Assembly: GCA_951406725.2 (NCBI GenBank)
Contig: OX597815.1
Coordinates: forward strand, 189,802,001-189,864,000
Source of the DNA: Octopus vulgaris
Lineage: Eukaryota
Direction of reading: 5' to 3'
Length of the DNA stretch: 62,000 bases
Both the position numbers and the translations under genes were made by a program. The notes beneath the pieces are model-generated. The model did no database searches, was not told where the DNA came from, and was given only the letters and a program-made list of their open reading frames with translations. Below, piece after piece: positions 12,770-23,630 of this stretch; the stretch's first letter is position 1, and the number at the start of each line of letters is the position of its first letter.

Positions 12770-13304
12770 GCTATTGTTGTTGTTGTTTTCATGCCAAACT
12801 ATAAAAACAATATGATTTCTGAAAGTCTATTGAAACATTCATTAACACCTGTTGTAATTTGAATTTATTTATCCTGAGATATGTCATGCATAAAGCAATG
12901 AGAATTTATTCATAAGATACAACAACCAGGTTGGAAAGATTTATTACTTGAAATGATGCAGAAGGCAGTAGATTATAATGAAAATTAGGTTTCGGCGCTG
13001 GCTTAATTTAGTAAGTAATTCACAATGTCACTGTCTGGCGTTGCAGCGATACACTATATAAATATTCATCATCTCATTAATGGTCTATTTATAAGCATGG
13101 ATAAAGTTAACATTTACCGAATTACAACAATGTAAAGGGCTAGTACATATCTCCATTTTCCATTGCAATAGGCAGATAAGAGACAAAATTCCCATAAGAT
13201 AACATGTTTCTGAGAATTTCTTCCATGGGAGGAGCTGAGCTAACAACTGCTGTCATTATTACAAGCAATAAGCTATACCATGTTGCAGTAGCTGTTGAAA
13301 ATAT

Positions 13305-13524
13305 ATGAATTCTGTAGACGAGGTGAGAACAGTACTGGAGGCGTATTTTTTGGCAAGGAGAAGTGAATTTTGGAAGAGGGGCCTTGCAAGTCTACCTGGA
13401 AGATGGAAGAGCATTGTAGAAAATGATGGAGAGTATATCTTAGATTAAAAAAGAACTTTGTTTATCTTAAGTCTGAAAAATGAAAGAAGTATAAAACATA
13501 CCGCATTATTCATGGGTTAACTCA

Positions 13525-13526
<2 letters not shown>
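13305..13526 (+). pseudogene. 3' fragment of a mariner transposase plus 3' end
   Basis: 13305-13448 reads MNSVDEVRTVLEAYFLARRSEFWKRGLASLPGRWKSIVENDGEYILD*, a typical mariner C-terminus; ends in a TIR-like ...ctcaaTA. Confidence 0.8.
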
Positions 13527-13570
<44 letters not shown>

Positions 13571-13572
<2 letters not shown>

Positions 13573-13764
13573 CGGAGTAAACACATAAATGTGAAACAAG
13601 GTGGAAAAAGAGTACTCAAATACCAGTGGTAGAGTAATATGCTTTATTTAAAGCAGCAGAAAATTCAACAAAACCTGTTACTCTGAGTTCCCCGTCTCCG
13701 ACGAACGGAGACGGGAAACTCAGAATAACAGGTTTTGTTGAATTTTCTGCTGCTTTAAATAAAG
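13571..13764. mobile_element. Fold-back element F2: 59-bp arms, 5-nt loop, one-sided ~70-bp extension (related fragment 52903-53010)
   Basis: Arms 13642-13700 / 13706-13764 with 2 mismatches; arm ends at AATAAAG; (TA)n on both sides. Confidence 0.85.
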
Positions 13765-14004
13765 TATATATATATATATATATATATAATTTTAATCCAA
13801 ACGGGAAAACAAAAAAACAACAACAGTGGAACAAAACAGTATTATTATTAATAGGCGCTCAGGAAATATGTTCTTTTACTTGTTTCACTCATATGTAGAA
13901 GCATATTGAATAAATAGTTCGAATTTACTGAAAACAAAAGATGAAGATAGATGAGGAAACAACAAACAGGTTTATTAGTTTGACACTCAGGAAGAATGAA
14001 AAAG

Positions 14005-14042
14005 TCTTTGACAATTCGGGCCTATGCTCTTTGACAGAAAGG
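14005..14042 (-). ncRNA. Decayed hammerhead-like motif of the U6 family
   Basis: ccttt-CTGTCAA-A-GAGC-atag-GCCC-GAA-TTGT-C-aaaga; homologous to the copies at 47477 and 58447. Confidence 0.4.
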
Positions 14043-14823
14043 ACTGAGAAAGAGAAAAATGGAGAGAGAAAAAGTCCTTTGCCAATCTTTATATTAACCA
14101 GTTTCCCAGTATAATGTCCACACTTGCACACAAGCTGTTTTACTGTACTTTAGTTGCTTGCTGATGTTCGAAAAGGAAACTTTTTGCAGGTGGAGTGATA
14201 TAATTTTTGCTCTCGTGACTGGACTGAGGCTACATTGTTTTCCCATTATTAATCAATTGTATAATAACGTTAAAATATAACATTATATAGTGCAGTTAAG
14301 CTAGTTGTGTGACCACCCATTTTGGCAAAAAAATTTGCATACATATTACATGGTCTTAAACTAATTTTGCCAGTAAATTTGAAATGTTTATATTAATTTA
14401 GCATTAGAATTCTTCAAGTTGCATAAAAATAGTTATTGTCTGCATCATTCGAAAGAGAAATAAATTCTGCACAAGGTATAAAAGATAAAGATAATTTGTA
14501 TGGTGTTAGTAACAAAATATTTTGTAAGAAATAAAACTTTTATCATCGGTCTTAAATATATTTTTGCCAGTGTATGTATATATATATATATATATATATA
14601 TGCATATATGGGTACAGGATTACAGGATGTTAGCAAACGTAAGCAATATGAAATATGAAAACAACATGAAATACGAAGACAAGCGTTTTTTTTGTGAATA
14701 ACAAGAAAAACAATTGGAAAACAAGACAAGTAACATAAAAAACGACCATTCATCAGTTGTTGGCTGTTTATCTACTCCACATTTTGAGCAATTCATGACA
14801 ATATGTGCCTTCAAGAAAACAGC

Positions 14824-14883
<60 letters not shown>

Positions 14884-14924
14884 TGTATGTATGTATGTAT
14901 GTATGTATGTATTTATTTATTTAT

Positions 14925-15136
14925 GTGTGCGTGTCTTTGTGCTTTGAGTCTGCGTTTGTGCCCCACTGTTGCTTGACAACCGATATCGGTGTGCTTATGT
15001 CCCTGTAACTTAGCAGTTCAGTAAAAGAAACCGATAGAATAAGTACCAAGCTTGCAAAGAACAAGTCCTGGGGTCAATTTCTTCAAATAAAAGGTGGTGC
15101 TCCAGCATGGCCGCAGTTTGAAGCAAGTAAAAGAGT
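14925..15136 (+). mobile_element. SINE-A 3' half (similar halves ~18385-18590-, 33490-33718+, 61745-61960-)
   Basis: gcttgacaaccgat..ccgatagaataagtac..ggtgctccagcatggccgcag..aagtaaaagagt. Confidence 0.9.
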
Positions 15137-17545
15137 AAATCTAGAAATAGAGAGAATGTAGCGAAAATACTGATTATAAATGTTAGCAATAAGAAAGGAA
15201 ATACTTTTAATTGCTTGGAGAAGCTCGTTTGATTGAAGGTTTTTCATCTTATTATACATCATTCATGTGACTCCCTACTGTATTCATGTCTCGTAAGCAG
15301 AATGTTTCCCCGGAGGTATTTTATTAACAAAGATGAATTGTTTCCATAAAAGATTTATGAAAGCAATTTTTATCATTTTTCCTGTTAGCTAAATGAAAAT
15401 ATGAACCCTATATAACTACCAGTTTTTAAATATATATCGAAATTGAAAAATAAATAAACAATGTTAAAAAAAACATTGCAGCACAAAGGAAGGCAAAATG
15501 ATTTATGATTTTAAACCTTTGCAATGATATCAAACAAGGAAATTAAAAAATAACAAATAAAAAGCCTCTGTAGAAATCAATCTCAAATTAAAAAACAAAT
15601 ATATTTACATTTACAGTCAATTCAGTCTACATCAAAGGCCACTTATTCCCCATATAGACTAATATATGTTTCCAAACCTCTGGCTCAGTGATTTATAGTA
15701 ACCTTAATATCCAATGACTTATTCCTGATAACACATTTAGCGGCTGCTGTTGCTATTGCAATTTAACACAGAATGAATTCACGATCTATGCGGATCAGGA
15801 CAGCAATTATTCCTGAACTAGAAGCATGCTAGTGTAGTATTTATAACTTACTAGTAATTCAGTGTAGCATTATGGAATAACATTCAAACGCAAAAGGGAT
15901 ATTAGTATGCACAACTCAATTTCCATTCTGAACATAAGCTTGAGTGAAAGTCCTTCTGTGTAAAGCTAATCATTTTTAGTTTCCGCTTTTTGCAAAAAAA
16001 AATTTACCAGCTGTCTTCATAACGATTTATATCATCCTATTATAAACCTACATGTTTTGGTTATTTTATTTGCTTTAGAACCTCCTCTTTTTATGTGGAG
16101 GTCAGCTAATCAAAACCAATACTAAAGTGTGGATAGAATGAGATAAATCTGTGTTCTCAGTCATATGGTTACACTCCAAGAATAATTTTTTCTTCAGTAA
16201 TGTGTTAATTATGAAATCAATTGTTAATATTTTGCTATTATAAACATGACACTTAAAACTTGTTTTTTCAGCCAATAAAATATTTTTTCAGAGTAAGACT
16301 GTTCCGAGTTCAAAGGGCCTAGCTAATCATTAAAAATTTAGTTTAGCTCTAAAAATGGAAGCTTAAAACAAAATAGAATAAGACGAAAAACAAATTGCTC
16401 CATAAATATTGATTATAGGTAGCAATAATATCTGGTAGAAGATCATCAAAACTTTGACTAACATCGTAGTGACTGAGAAAAACATTATTAAATGCAAAGG
16501 TTTCATAGATAGAATCTATAAAAGTACATTAAAGAAATGAAGAGTTGCTTTTGTTTCTAAGCATTTTCAGTGTATTGAAATATGTGTCATGATAATTTTC
16601 AGAATTTTATTGATTAACCATTTTCTGAGTTTGTTACAGACACACATCCATAGCAACTAAAACTTTCTCTGCTTTAGAAAAGTGATATATTTGATTGACT
16701 TGCAGCAACTTGGATGGTTACAAATATATATTATAAAAGAGTTATGTAATTTACGAGTACAATAATTTCAGAACGTGATATTGGTTTCATTTGAATAGAT
16801 ACAAGGATACTATATTTGCAAAGAAGATTACATGGGATATTGCAATGTTCATACCTCTCCAAAAGCATTATCTGTGAAAATGAAGCAGAATGGTTCCAAT
16901 GTGAAATATACTCTCAACTGGCATACAATCTCATTTATTTATTTTATAAAGCAATTTGTGCACAATAGCTTCATTGGTTACAGGTTTCCAACAGACCAAT
17001 AATTGATTCATAGTATTTCTGACAGTGGCAATAACAAAGGAATGTCTATAATTTGGTGTAGAACAAATTATTTAAGGGAATTCATCTGAGAACTGTTGTT
17101 TTGTTTTGTTTTGTTTTTCTCGTCAATGTTTAGTTCCTTTGCTGTTACACACCACCAAAACACACACACACGTGTGTATGTCTGTGTGTGTGTGTGGTGT
17201 GGCAGATGGACTTCCAACAGAATAAAGAAAACTATCTTTCCATTGGTGTTTCCAGGCAGTGGTACGATATGTTGGCTGAGAACTCTTGACAGAAATGTTG
17301 CTATTTGGTGATGGAGTGGAATTTGATCCCTGAATGCACAACACCTCATCACAGATACCCTAAGGCATCTCATCCAATGCTCTAACAATTTCTGCCAATC
17401 CACCCAACATCAACCATAACCCCTCTGCTACATTTTAAAAATTTATTTATTTATTTTGCATATACATATCCATGTGAGTGTGTATGCGTGCGTGTTTGTG
17501 TGAGTGTGCATGTGTGTGTGTGTGCATGTGTGAGAGAGAGTATTT

Positions 17546-17678
17546 ATGTGGATATCTTTCACCAATGTGTGTGTGTGTCTGTGAGAGAGAGAGTATCTGT
17601 GTGGATATCTTTCATCAATGTGTGTGTGCATGTGTATATGTGTGTGTGAGTGTGAGTAACTATGTGGATATCTTTCAT

Positions 17679-17711
<33 letters not shown>

Positions 17712-17830
17712 TGCATGTGTGTGAGTAAGTGGATATGTTTCATCAATATGTGTGTGTATGTGTGTGTGTGTGTATGTGTGTGTGTGTGTGTCAGTGTGTG
17801 TGTATCTATGTGGATATCTTTCATCAATAT
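17546..17830. repeat. Minisatellite: five ~20-bp cores (tgtggatatctttcatcaat) separated by variable (GT)n spacers
   Basis: Cores near 17546, 17599, 17661, 17727 and 17808. Confidence 0.9.
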
Positions 17831-18588
17831 GTATGTGTGTGTGTGTGTATGCACACACATTGGATAGTTCAGATCATCATCATCATCATCATCATCATCG
17901 ATTAACGTCCATTTTCCATGCTGGCATGGGCTTCACGGTTTGACTGAGGGCAGGAAAGCCAGCAGCTGCACCAGGCTCCAATCTGATCTGGCAAAGTTTC
18001 TACAGCTGGGTGCCCTTCCTAATGCCAACCACTCCAAGAGTGTAGTGGGTGCTTTTTACGTACCACTGGCACAGGAGCCAGTCAGGACAGGCTTGCCATC
18101 GACCACGTTTGGATAGTACCTTTTACGTGCCACCGGCACAGGGGCCTGTCACGAGGTACTGGCATCGGCCACATTCGGATGGTGCTTTTTACATGCCACT
18201 GGCACAAGAGCCAGTCAGAGGATACTAGCATCAGCTATTGGGAACTGAGGGACATTTAGCGATGCCAGATTGTGACAGTGATGTGAAGAGTTGTTTAGTC
18301 ATGTTGCCATAGCAACTCTGATGTGGCAGAAGTAAAACTGTAACTCAGGGCTTTGAGTTCAAATTTTCAGCCTATTTATCTCTTTTACTCTTATGCTCTT
18401 TTACTTGTTTCAGTCATTTGACTGTGGCCATGCTGGAGCACTGCCTTTAGCCGAGCAAATCGACCCCCAGGACTTATTCTTTGGAAGTCTAGTACTTATT
18501 CTATCGGTCTCTTTTGCCAAACTGCTAAGTTACGGGAACATAAACACACCAGCATCGGTTATAAAGCAATGTTGGGGGGACAAACACA

Positions 18589-18630
<42 letters not shown>

Positions 18631-18784
18631 TATATATATAAGAGAAAAAATCTGTAAATTTTTTCCACTTGAATATATATTTATATTATATAGAGGGCAT
18701 TATTACACATAAATACCGCATGCTAGGAGGGACTCTTAAAGTCAAAACTACTAGCATGCAGCATTTATGTGTAATAATGCCCTC

Positions 18785-18826
<42 letters not shown>

Positions 18827-18990
18827 CAAGTATTTTATTACATTTATCAATTCATTTTGCACGATTCCTGATGTGAAATTGTATGCTGAAAAAGATATTG
18901 TTGTATTTCGGTATGGACATATTTTTGTTTTGCTTTGCCAAATAAACACGCGTTTATTACTGTTCTTATTTTATTATTTTAACTCCATGT

Positions 18991-19139
18991 CCATTGTCTG
19001 AAAGTCCTTCATCACAAATCTGTGACCTCTACAGGGACACTTTCCATCTTCATGTGTGTTCTTGCTTCACTTACTCCATTCTCTGAAAAGTGTCACTGAA
19101 GAGGTCACAGATGTGTGACAAAAACTTTTTGGGCAATGG
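18991..19139. repeat. Inverted pair of decayed hammerhead-bearing repeats
   Basis: Arms 18991-19045 / 19085-19139; right arm tgtca-CTGAAGA-G-GTCAC-agatgt-GTGAC-(A)AA. Confidence 0.6.
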
Positions 19140-19146
19140 GCTTACA

Positions 19147-19471
19147 AAGCTTACAAAGAATAAGTCCTGGGGTCAATTTCTTCAACTAAAAGGTGGTGCT
19201 CCAGCATGGCCGCAGTTTGAAGCAAGTAAAAGAGTAAATCTAGAAATAGAGAGAATGTAGCGAAAATACTGATTATAAATGTTAGCAATAAGAAAGGAAA
19301 TACTTTTAATTGCTTGGAGAAGCTCATTTGATTGAAGGTTTTTCATCTTATTATACATCATTCATGTGACTCCCTACTGTATTCATGTCTTGTAAGCAGA
19401 ATGTTTCCCCGGAGGTATTTTATTAACAAAGATGAATTGTTTCCATAAAAGATTTATGAAAGCAATTTTTT
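19147..19471 (+). repeat. Near-identical local copy of 15048-15372 (SINE-A 3' tip plus ~235 bp unique flank)
   Basis: About five substitutions in ~325 bp by eye. Confidence 0.95.
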
Positions 19472-19644
19472 AAATAATAAAATAAGAACAGTAATAAATG
19501 AGTGAAGAACAAATATATAGTGCGTGTGTTTATTTGGTAAAAGAAAAAGATGACCGTCCCAAAATATAGCAATATCAAATATTTTAGTTTTCCTTAAAGT
19601 ATGAATATTTTGAAAGTTATCAAATACAATATCCTTTTAAAATC

Positions 19645-19870
19645 TTTTATTCTTTTACTTGTTTCAGTCATTTGACTGTGGCCATGCTGGAGCACTGCCT
19701 TTAGTTGAGCAAATCAACCACAGGACTTATTCTTTGTAAGCCTAGTACTTATTCTATCAGTTCCTTTTGCTAAACCACTAAGTTACAGGGACATAAACAC
19801 ACCAGCATGGGTTGTCAAGCAATGTTGGGGGTACAAGCACAGACACACAAACACACGCACACACACACGC
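19645..19870 (-). mobile_element. SINE-A 3' half; probably one element with the 5' half at 20846-21007, split by nested insertions
   Basis: Same orientation and complementary halves; the intervening ~975 bp consists of fold-back, hammerhead and family-C elements in (TA)n. Confidence 0.75.
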
Positions 19871-19874
19871 ACAA

Positions 19875-20243
19875 AGAAAATAAGACAAGGTAGAAAATGC
19901 TAAAATAATTTTATCATGAAGACCATTTTAGTACCGGTTTCAGTCATTGCACAGATTCCAGATCAAAATTCCGAAAATCAAAAAAATAGCATTCAGCAAA
20001 CACATCGACATTTGCTCCAACAACAAACAACCAGGTTGTATCATCCCTGTATTGATAGAGGGGGCAGATTCTGAAGCTTGGTTGTTTATTGTTAGCGCAA
20101 ATCTCAAAGTGTTCGCTGAATACTATTTTTCCGTTTCTTTTTTTTTAAATTTTGATCTGGGATCTGTGCAATGATTGAATCTGGTACTAAAATGGTCTTC
20201 GTGATAAAATTATTTTAGCATTTTTTCCTTGCTTTATTTTCCT
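19875..20243. mobile_element. ~370-bp imperfect fold-back element
   Basis: Outer arms 19875-19968 / 20148-20243; inner arms continue (aatagcattcagcaaacac..aaacaacca / tggttgttt..gtgttcgctgaatactatt). Confidence 0.8.
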
Positions 20244-20405
20244 TATACATATCAACTCGTGTGTTCCTTTTCAACCTTCTACATACATATATATATATAT
20301 ATATATAGTTATGCCAAACAAGAAAACACGAAAAAACACAACAACGTGAGGACGTGGAACAAATATAGTATTATTGGATGCTCAGGAAAGAAGGAAAGAA
20401 GGAGG

Positions 20406-20440
20406 GTTTAATGTTTCAAGCAGAGCTCTTCATCAGAAAC
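20406..20440 (-). ncRNA. Minimal type-I hammerhead motif with canonical core, in a ~20325-20510 repeat
   Basis: gttt-CTGATGA-A-GAGC-tct-GCTT-GAA-ACAT-T-aaac; ACAT fits CpG decay of ACGT. Confidence 0.65.
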
Positions 20441-20539
20441 ATAGGAGAAGGAAAGATCCAGAGAAGGGAAGACAGAGGAAAAAAATCGCCAACGGTACAC
20501 ATGCGGTCACATTTTGAATATATATATATATATATATGC

Positions 20540-20571
<32 letters not shown>

Positions 20572-20845
20572 GTATATGTATATATATATGTATATATATA
20601 TATTTATATATATATACCATCCAAACGTGGTCAATGCCAGCACCGCTTTTGTGCCAGTGGCATGTAAAAAGCACCATCCAATGATAGTCGATGCCAGCTC
20701 CTCTGGTCCTTGTGCTGGTGGCACGTAAAAAGCACCAACTACACTCTTGCAGTGGTTGGTGTTAGGAATGGCATTGAGCTGTAGAAACACTGCCAGACAA
20801 GATTGGGGCCTGGTGCATGTATATATATATATATATATATATATT

Positions 20846-21007
20846 CAATGGGCTTCTTTCAGTTTCTACCTACCAAATCCACTCACAAGGCTTTGGTCAA
20901 CCTGAGGCTATAGTAGAAAACACATGCCCAAGGTGACACACAGTGGGACTGAACCAGGAACCATGTGGTTCGGAAGGAAACTCCTTACCACACAGCCACT
21001 CCTGCAC
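20846..21007 (-). mobile_element. SINE-A 5' half
   Basis: Reverse complement of gtgcaggagtggctgtgtggtaag...ggttcagtcccactg...gtgagtggatttgg..aaactgaaagaagccc. Confidence 0.85.
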
Positions 21008-22659
21008 TTATGTAGATTACAATCTCATCACTGCTCTTTTACACACACATACACAGCTTGTGTAAGATACCTGACAGAAAAATATTTAATTAACTGCATT
21101 TAAAAAAATGTATATTTATTCTGTTCTGACATAATTTTGGCATTCGTTTCTGAAGTGAAAGCATGTGGGTCTGAGAAGAGTTAAAATATGAAGAATAACA
21201 ATAAATTTCAGTTTATTCTTGTTCAAGTTTTAATTACTATGAAGATAATATTTGATTAGTTACTTGTGTGTCATTAGTTCACCTGGGTAGGCAGACAGGG
21301 GGAAGTGTATTTCATTGTGGTACCACTTATAGCTTTAGTTTTTCTTAAAGTATGAATATTTTGAAAGTTATCAAATACAATATTGTTTTATTCTTTTATC
21401 CTTTTATTTGTTTCAGTCATTTGACTGCGGACATGCTAGAGCACCGCCTTTAGTTGAGAAATTTTATTTCGGAAAGCCAATTCACATAGTTGTACTAACA
21501 TCGCTGGGATGTGAATGAAGAATGTTTTGTCAAGAGGAATTCAAAACGTGCATGTAGGTACAGGTATGGCTTTGGAGTAAGAAGTTTGCTCCCCAACCAC
21601 ATGGTTCTAGGTTCAGTCTCACGGAAAGTGTCTTCTTCTATAACCTTGAACCTTGTAAGTGGATTCGGTAGGCAAAAACTGTGCATTCACTCAAACCAAC
21701 GAGGGAGTCTCTAAATGGTTGCTCGCTCTGGTAAAAATAGCAGTCAAATTACTGTAAAAATTACATCTTTTGCATGAACCAGTCTTTCCAAAATAAAGAA
21801 ATATGAACATTGCAGATTTTGGAAAAGAAGAGTGTGGAAAATATTTTGAAGAAACAAAAAAAGGCTGATCAACAGACAAGAAATATTAAACATGGTGCCA
21901 AGATTTAAAAGTTTGAATGAAGGCTTCCACAGGAATTTTGAGAATTAATGATAAAACAGAGAGTTTGAAAGAAAATAAATGGACAGGTCTTTATATTATT
22001 CATTAAATTTCAAACATGTGCAAAAAATGTTTTAAAAATAAAAGCAGATAAGAAATAAAAATATAAAAATGTGAACACACACAAAGACAAAAAATGAATT
22101 GCCAGATAATAATAGAACCATTATTCTGCTTTTGGAAAGGAATAAAACCACAAGGAAAGTAGATGATTTTGTTTTTTAAAGTGAAAGCTAAAATAAGGAG
22201 AAACTAAAAGTACTTAATCCTTGGAAATCATAAATAGTAATCCCTTGGTTATCACGGATATCGATTACATTGAACCCAGTATGCAACTGGTACTTATTTT
22301 ATCAACCCTGAAAGGATAAAAGGCAAAGTCGACCTTGGCAGAATTTGAACTCAGAACACAAAGACAGATGAAATACCACTAAGCATTTTACCTAGTGATA
22401 CTACCCGTTCAAAGCCTTCGTTAAGTGTGTTGTATCAGTAGAGATTTTTTTGTAAGAGATTTTCATATTTCCATGTAAATCCTTCGCAGTTTATTTGTTT
22501 ATTTGAAAATTGTTATCAAAATTTGCAGACTAGCTCAACCTCATCAAAGTCAGGAGTGTTGTTAGCTAATGTACTGCCTCTTTTACAGTGTGGAACTTCT
22601 GCTTCTGCTGACTTATTGCAAGAATTTAGATGCTAAGAGGTTTCGTATTACCAGGCATC

Positions 22660-23224
22660 TATTGGGTTGTCCAGAAAGTTCATGCCGATTTTTAAAGGAA
22701 AGAAAAAGGTCAGTAAATACTTGCCATTACATTTTTAATCAACCAAATATGAACCATTTTGTTGCACAATGAATCTCCATCTTTCCTTTAACTTGAAAAT
22801 ACCCTCTTCCCAGAATTGAGGTCGTTTCATGGCAAAGAATTCATCAACGTATCTTTTTACGTCATCCAAGGAATTGAAATTTTTACCATTAAGACTATTC
22901 TGCCGAGACCTGAATAAGTGGAAATCCAAAGGAGCAATATCTAGTGAATATGGAGGGTGGGGTAACACATCCCAGCTGAGCTGTAGCAATTTTTGTCTGG
23001 TTCCCAAAGCATCAAGTGCCGAAAATGAACTTTCTTATCTTCCAAATTAAAGGGTTTGAGAATTAACACAGGTTATAGGAACATAAACCTTCTTCCACGA
23101 AAAGATAGCTTAAACTGTGCTCTAAATGGAGGTGTAGTCAAATCCTATTTTATGGACTCAACCATGTTCTAAAATAAGTTGAAAGGTAAGCTACTATAAG
23201 TTGGCACAAACTTTCCAGACAACC
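22660..23224 (-). mobile_element. Second copy of the internally deleted mariner
   Basis: TIR tattgggttgtccagaaagttcatgccgat; ORF 22735-23007 GTRQKLLQLSWDVLPHPPYSLDIAPLDFHLF...; same deletion junction as 6689-7258. Confidence 0.95.
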
Positions 23225-23361
23225 ACAGGAGTAGCTGTGTGGTAAGCAGCTTGCTTACCAACCACATGGCACCTTGGGCAAGTGTCTTTTACTATAGCCT
23301 CAGGCCGACCAAAGCCTTGTGAGTGGATTTGGTAGACGGAAACTGAAAGAAGCCCGTTGTA

Positions 23362-23416
<55 letters not shown>

Positions 23417-23630
23417 ATATATTTGTGAGTCTCTTTGTCCCCCCACCAACATCGTTTGACAACTGATGGTGGTGTGTTTACATCCTCGTAACTTAGCGGT
23501 TCAGCAAGAGAGACAGATAGAATAAGTACTAGGCTTCCAAAGAATAAGTCCTGGGGTCAATTTGCTCGACTAAAGGCAGTGCTCCAGCATGACAGCAATC
23601 AAATGACTGAAACAAGTAAAAGAGAAAAGA
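23225..23630 (+). mobile_element. Near-full SINE-A abutting the mariner TIR
   Basis: Head acaggagtagctgtgtggtaag; the B-box segment is deleted (acatgg|caccttggg); tail gactgaaacaagtaaaagag. Confidence 0.9.
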
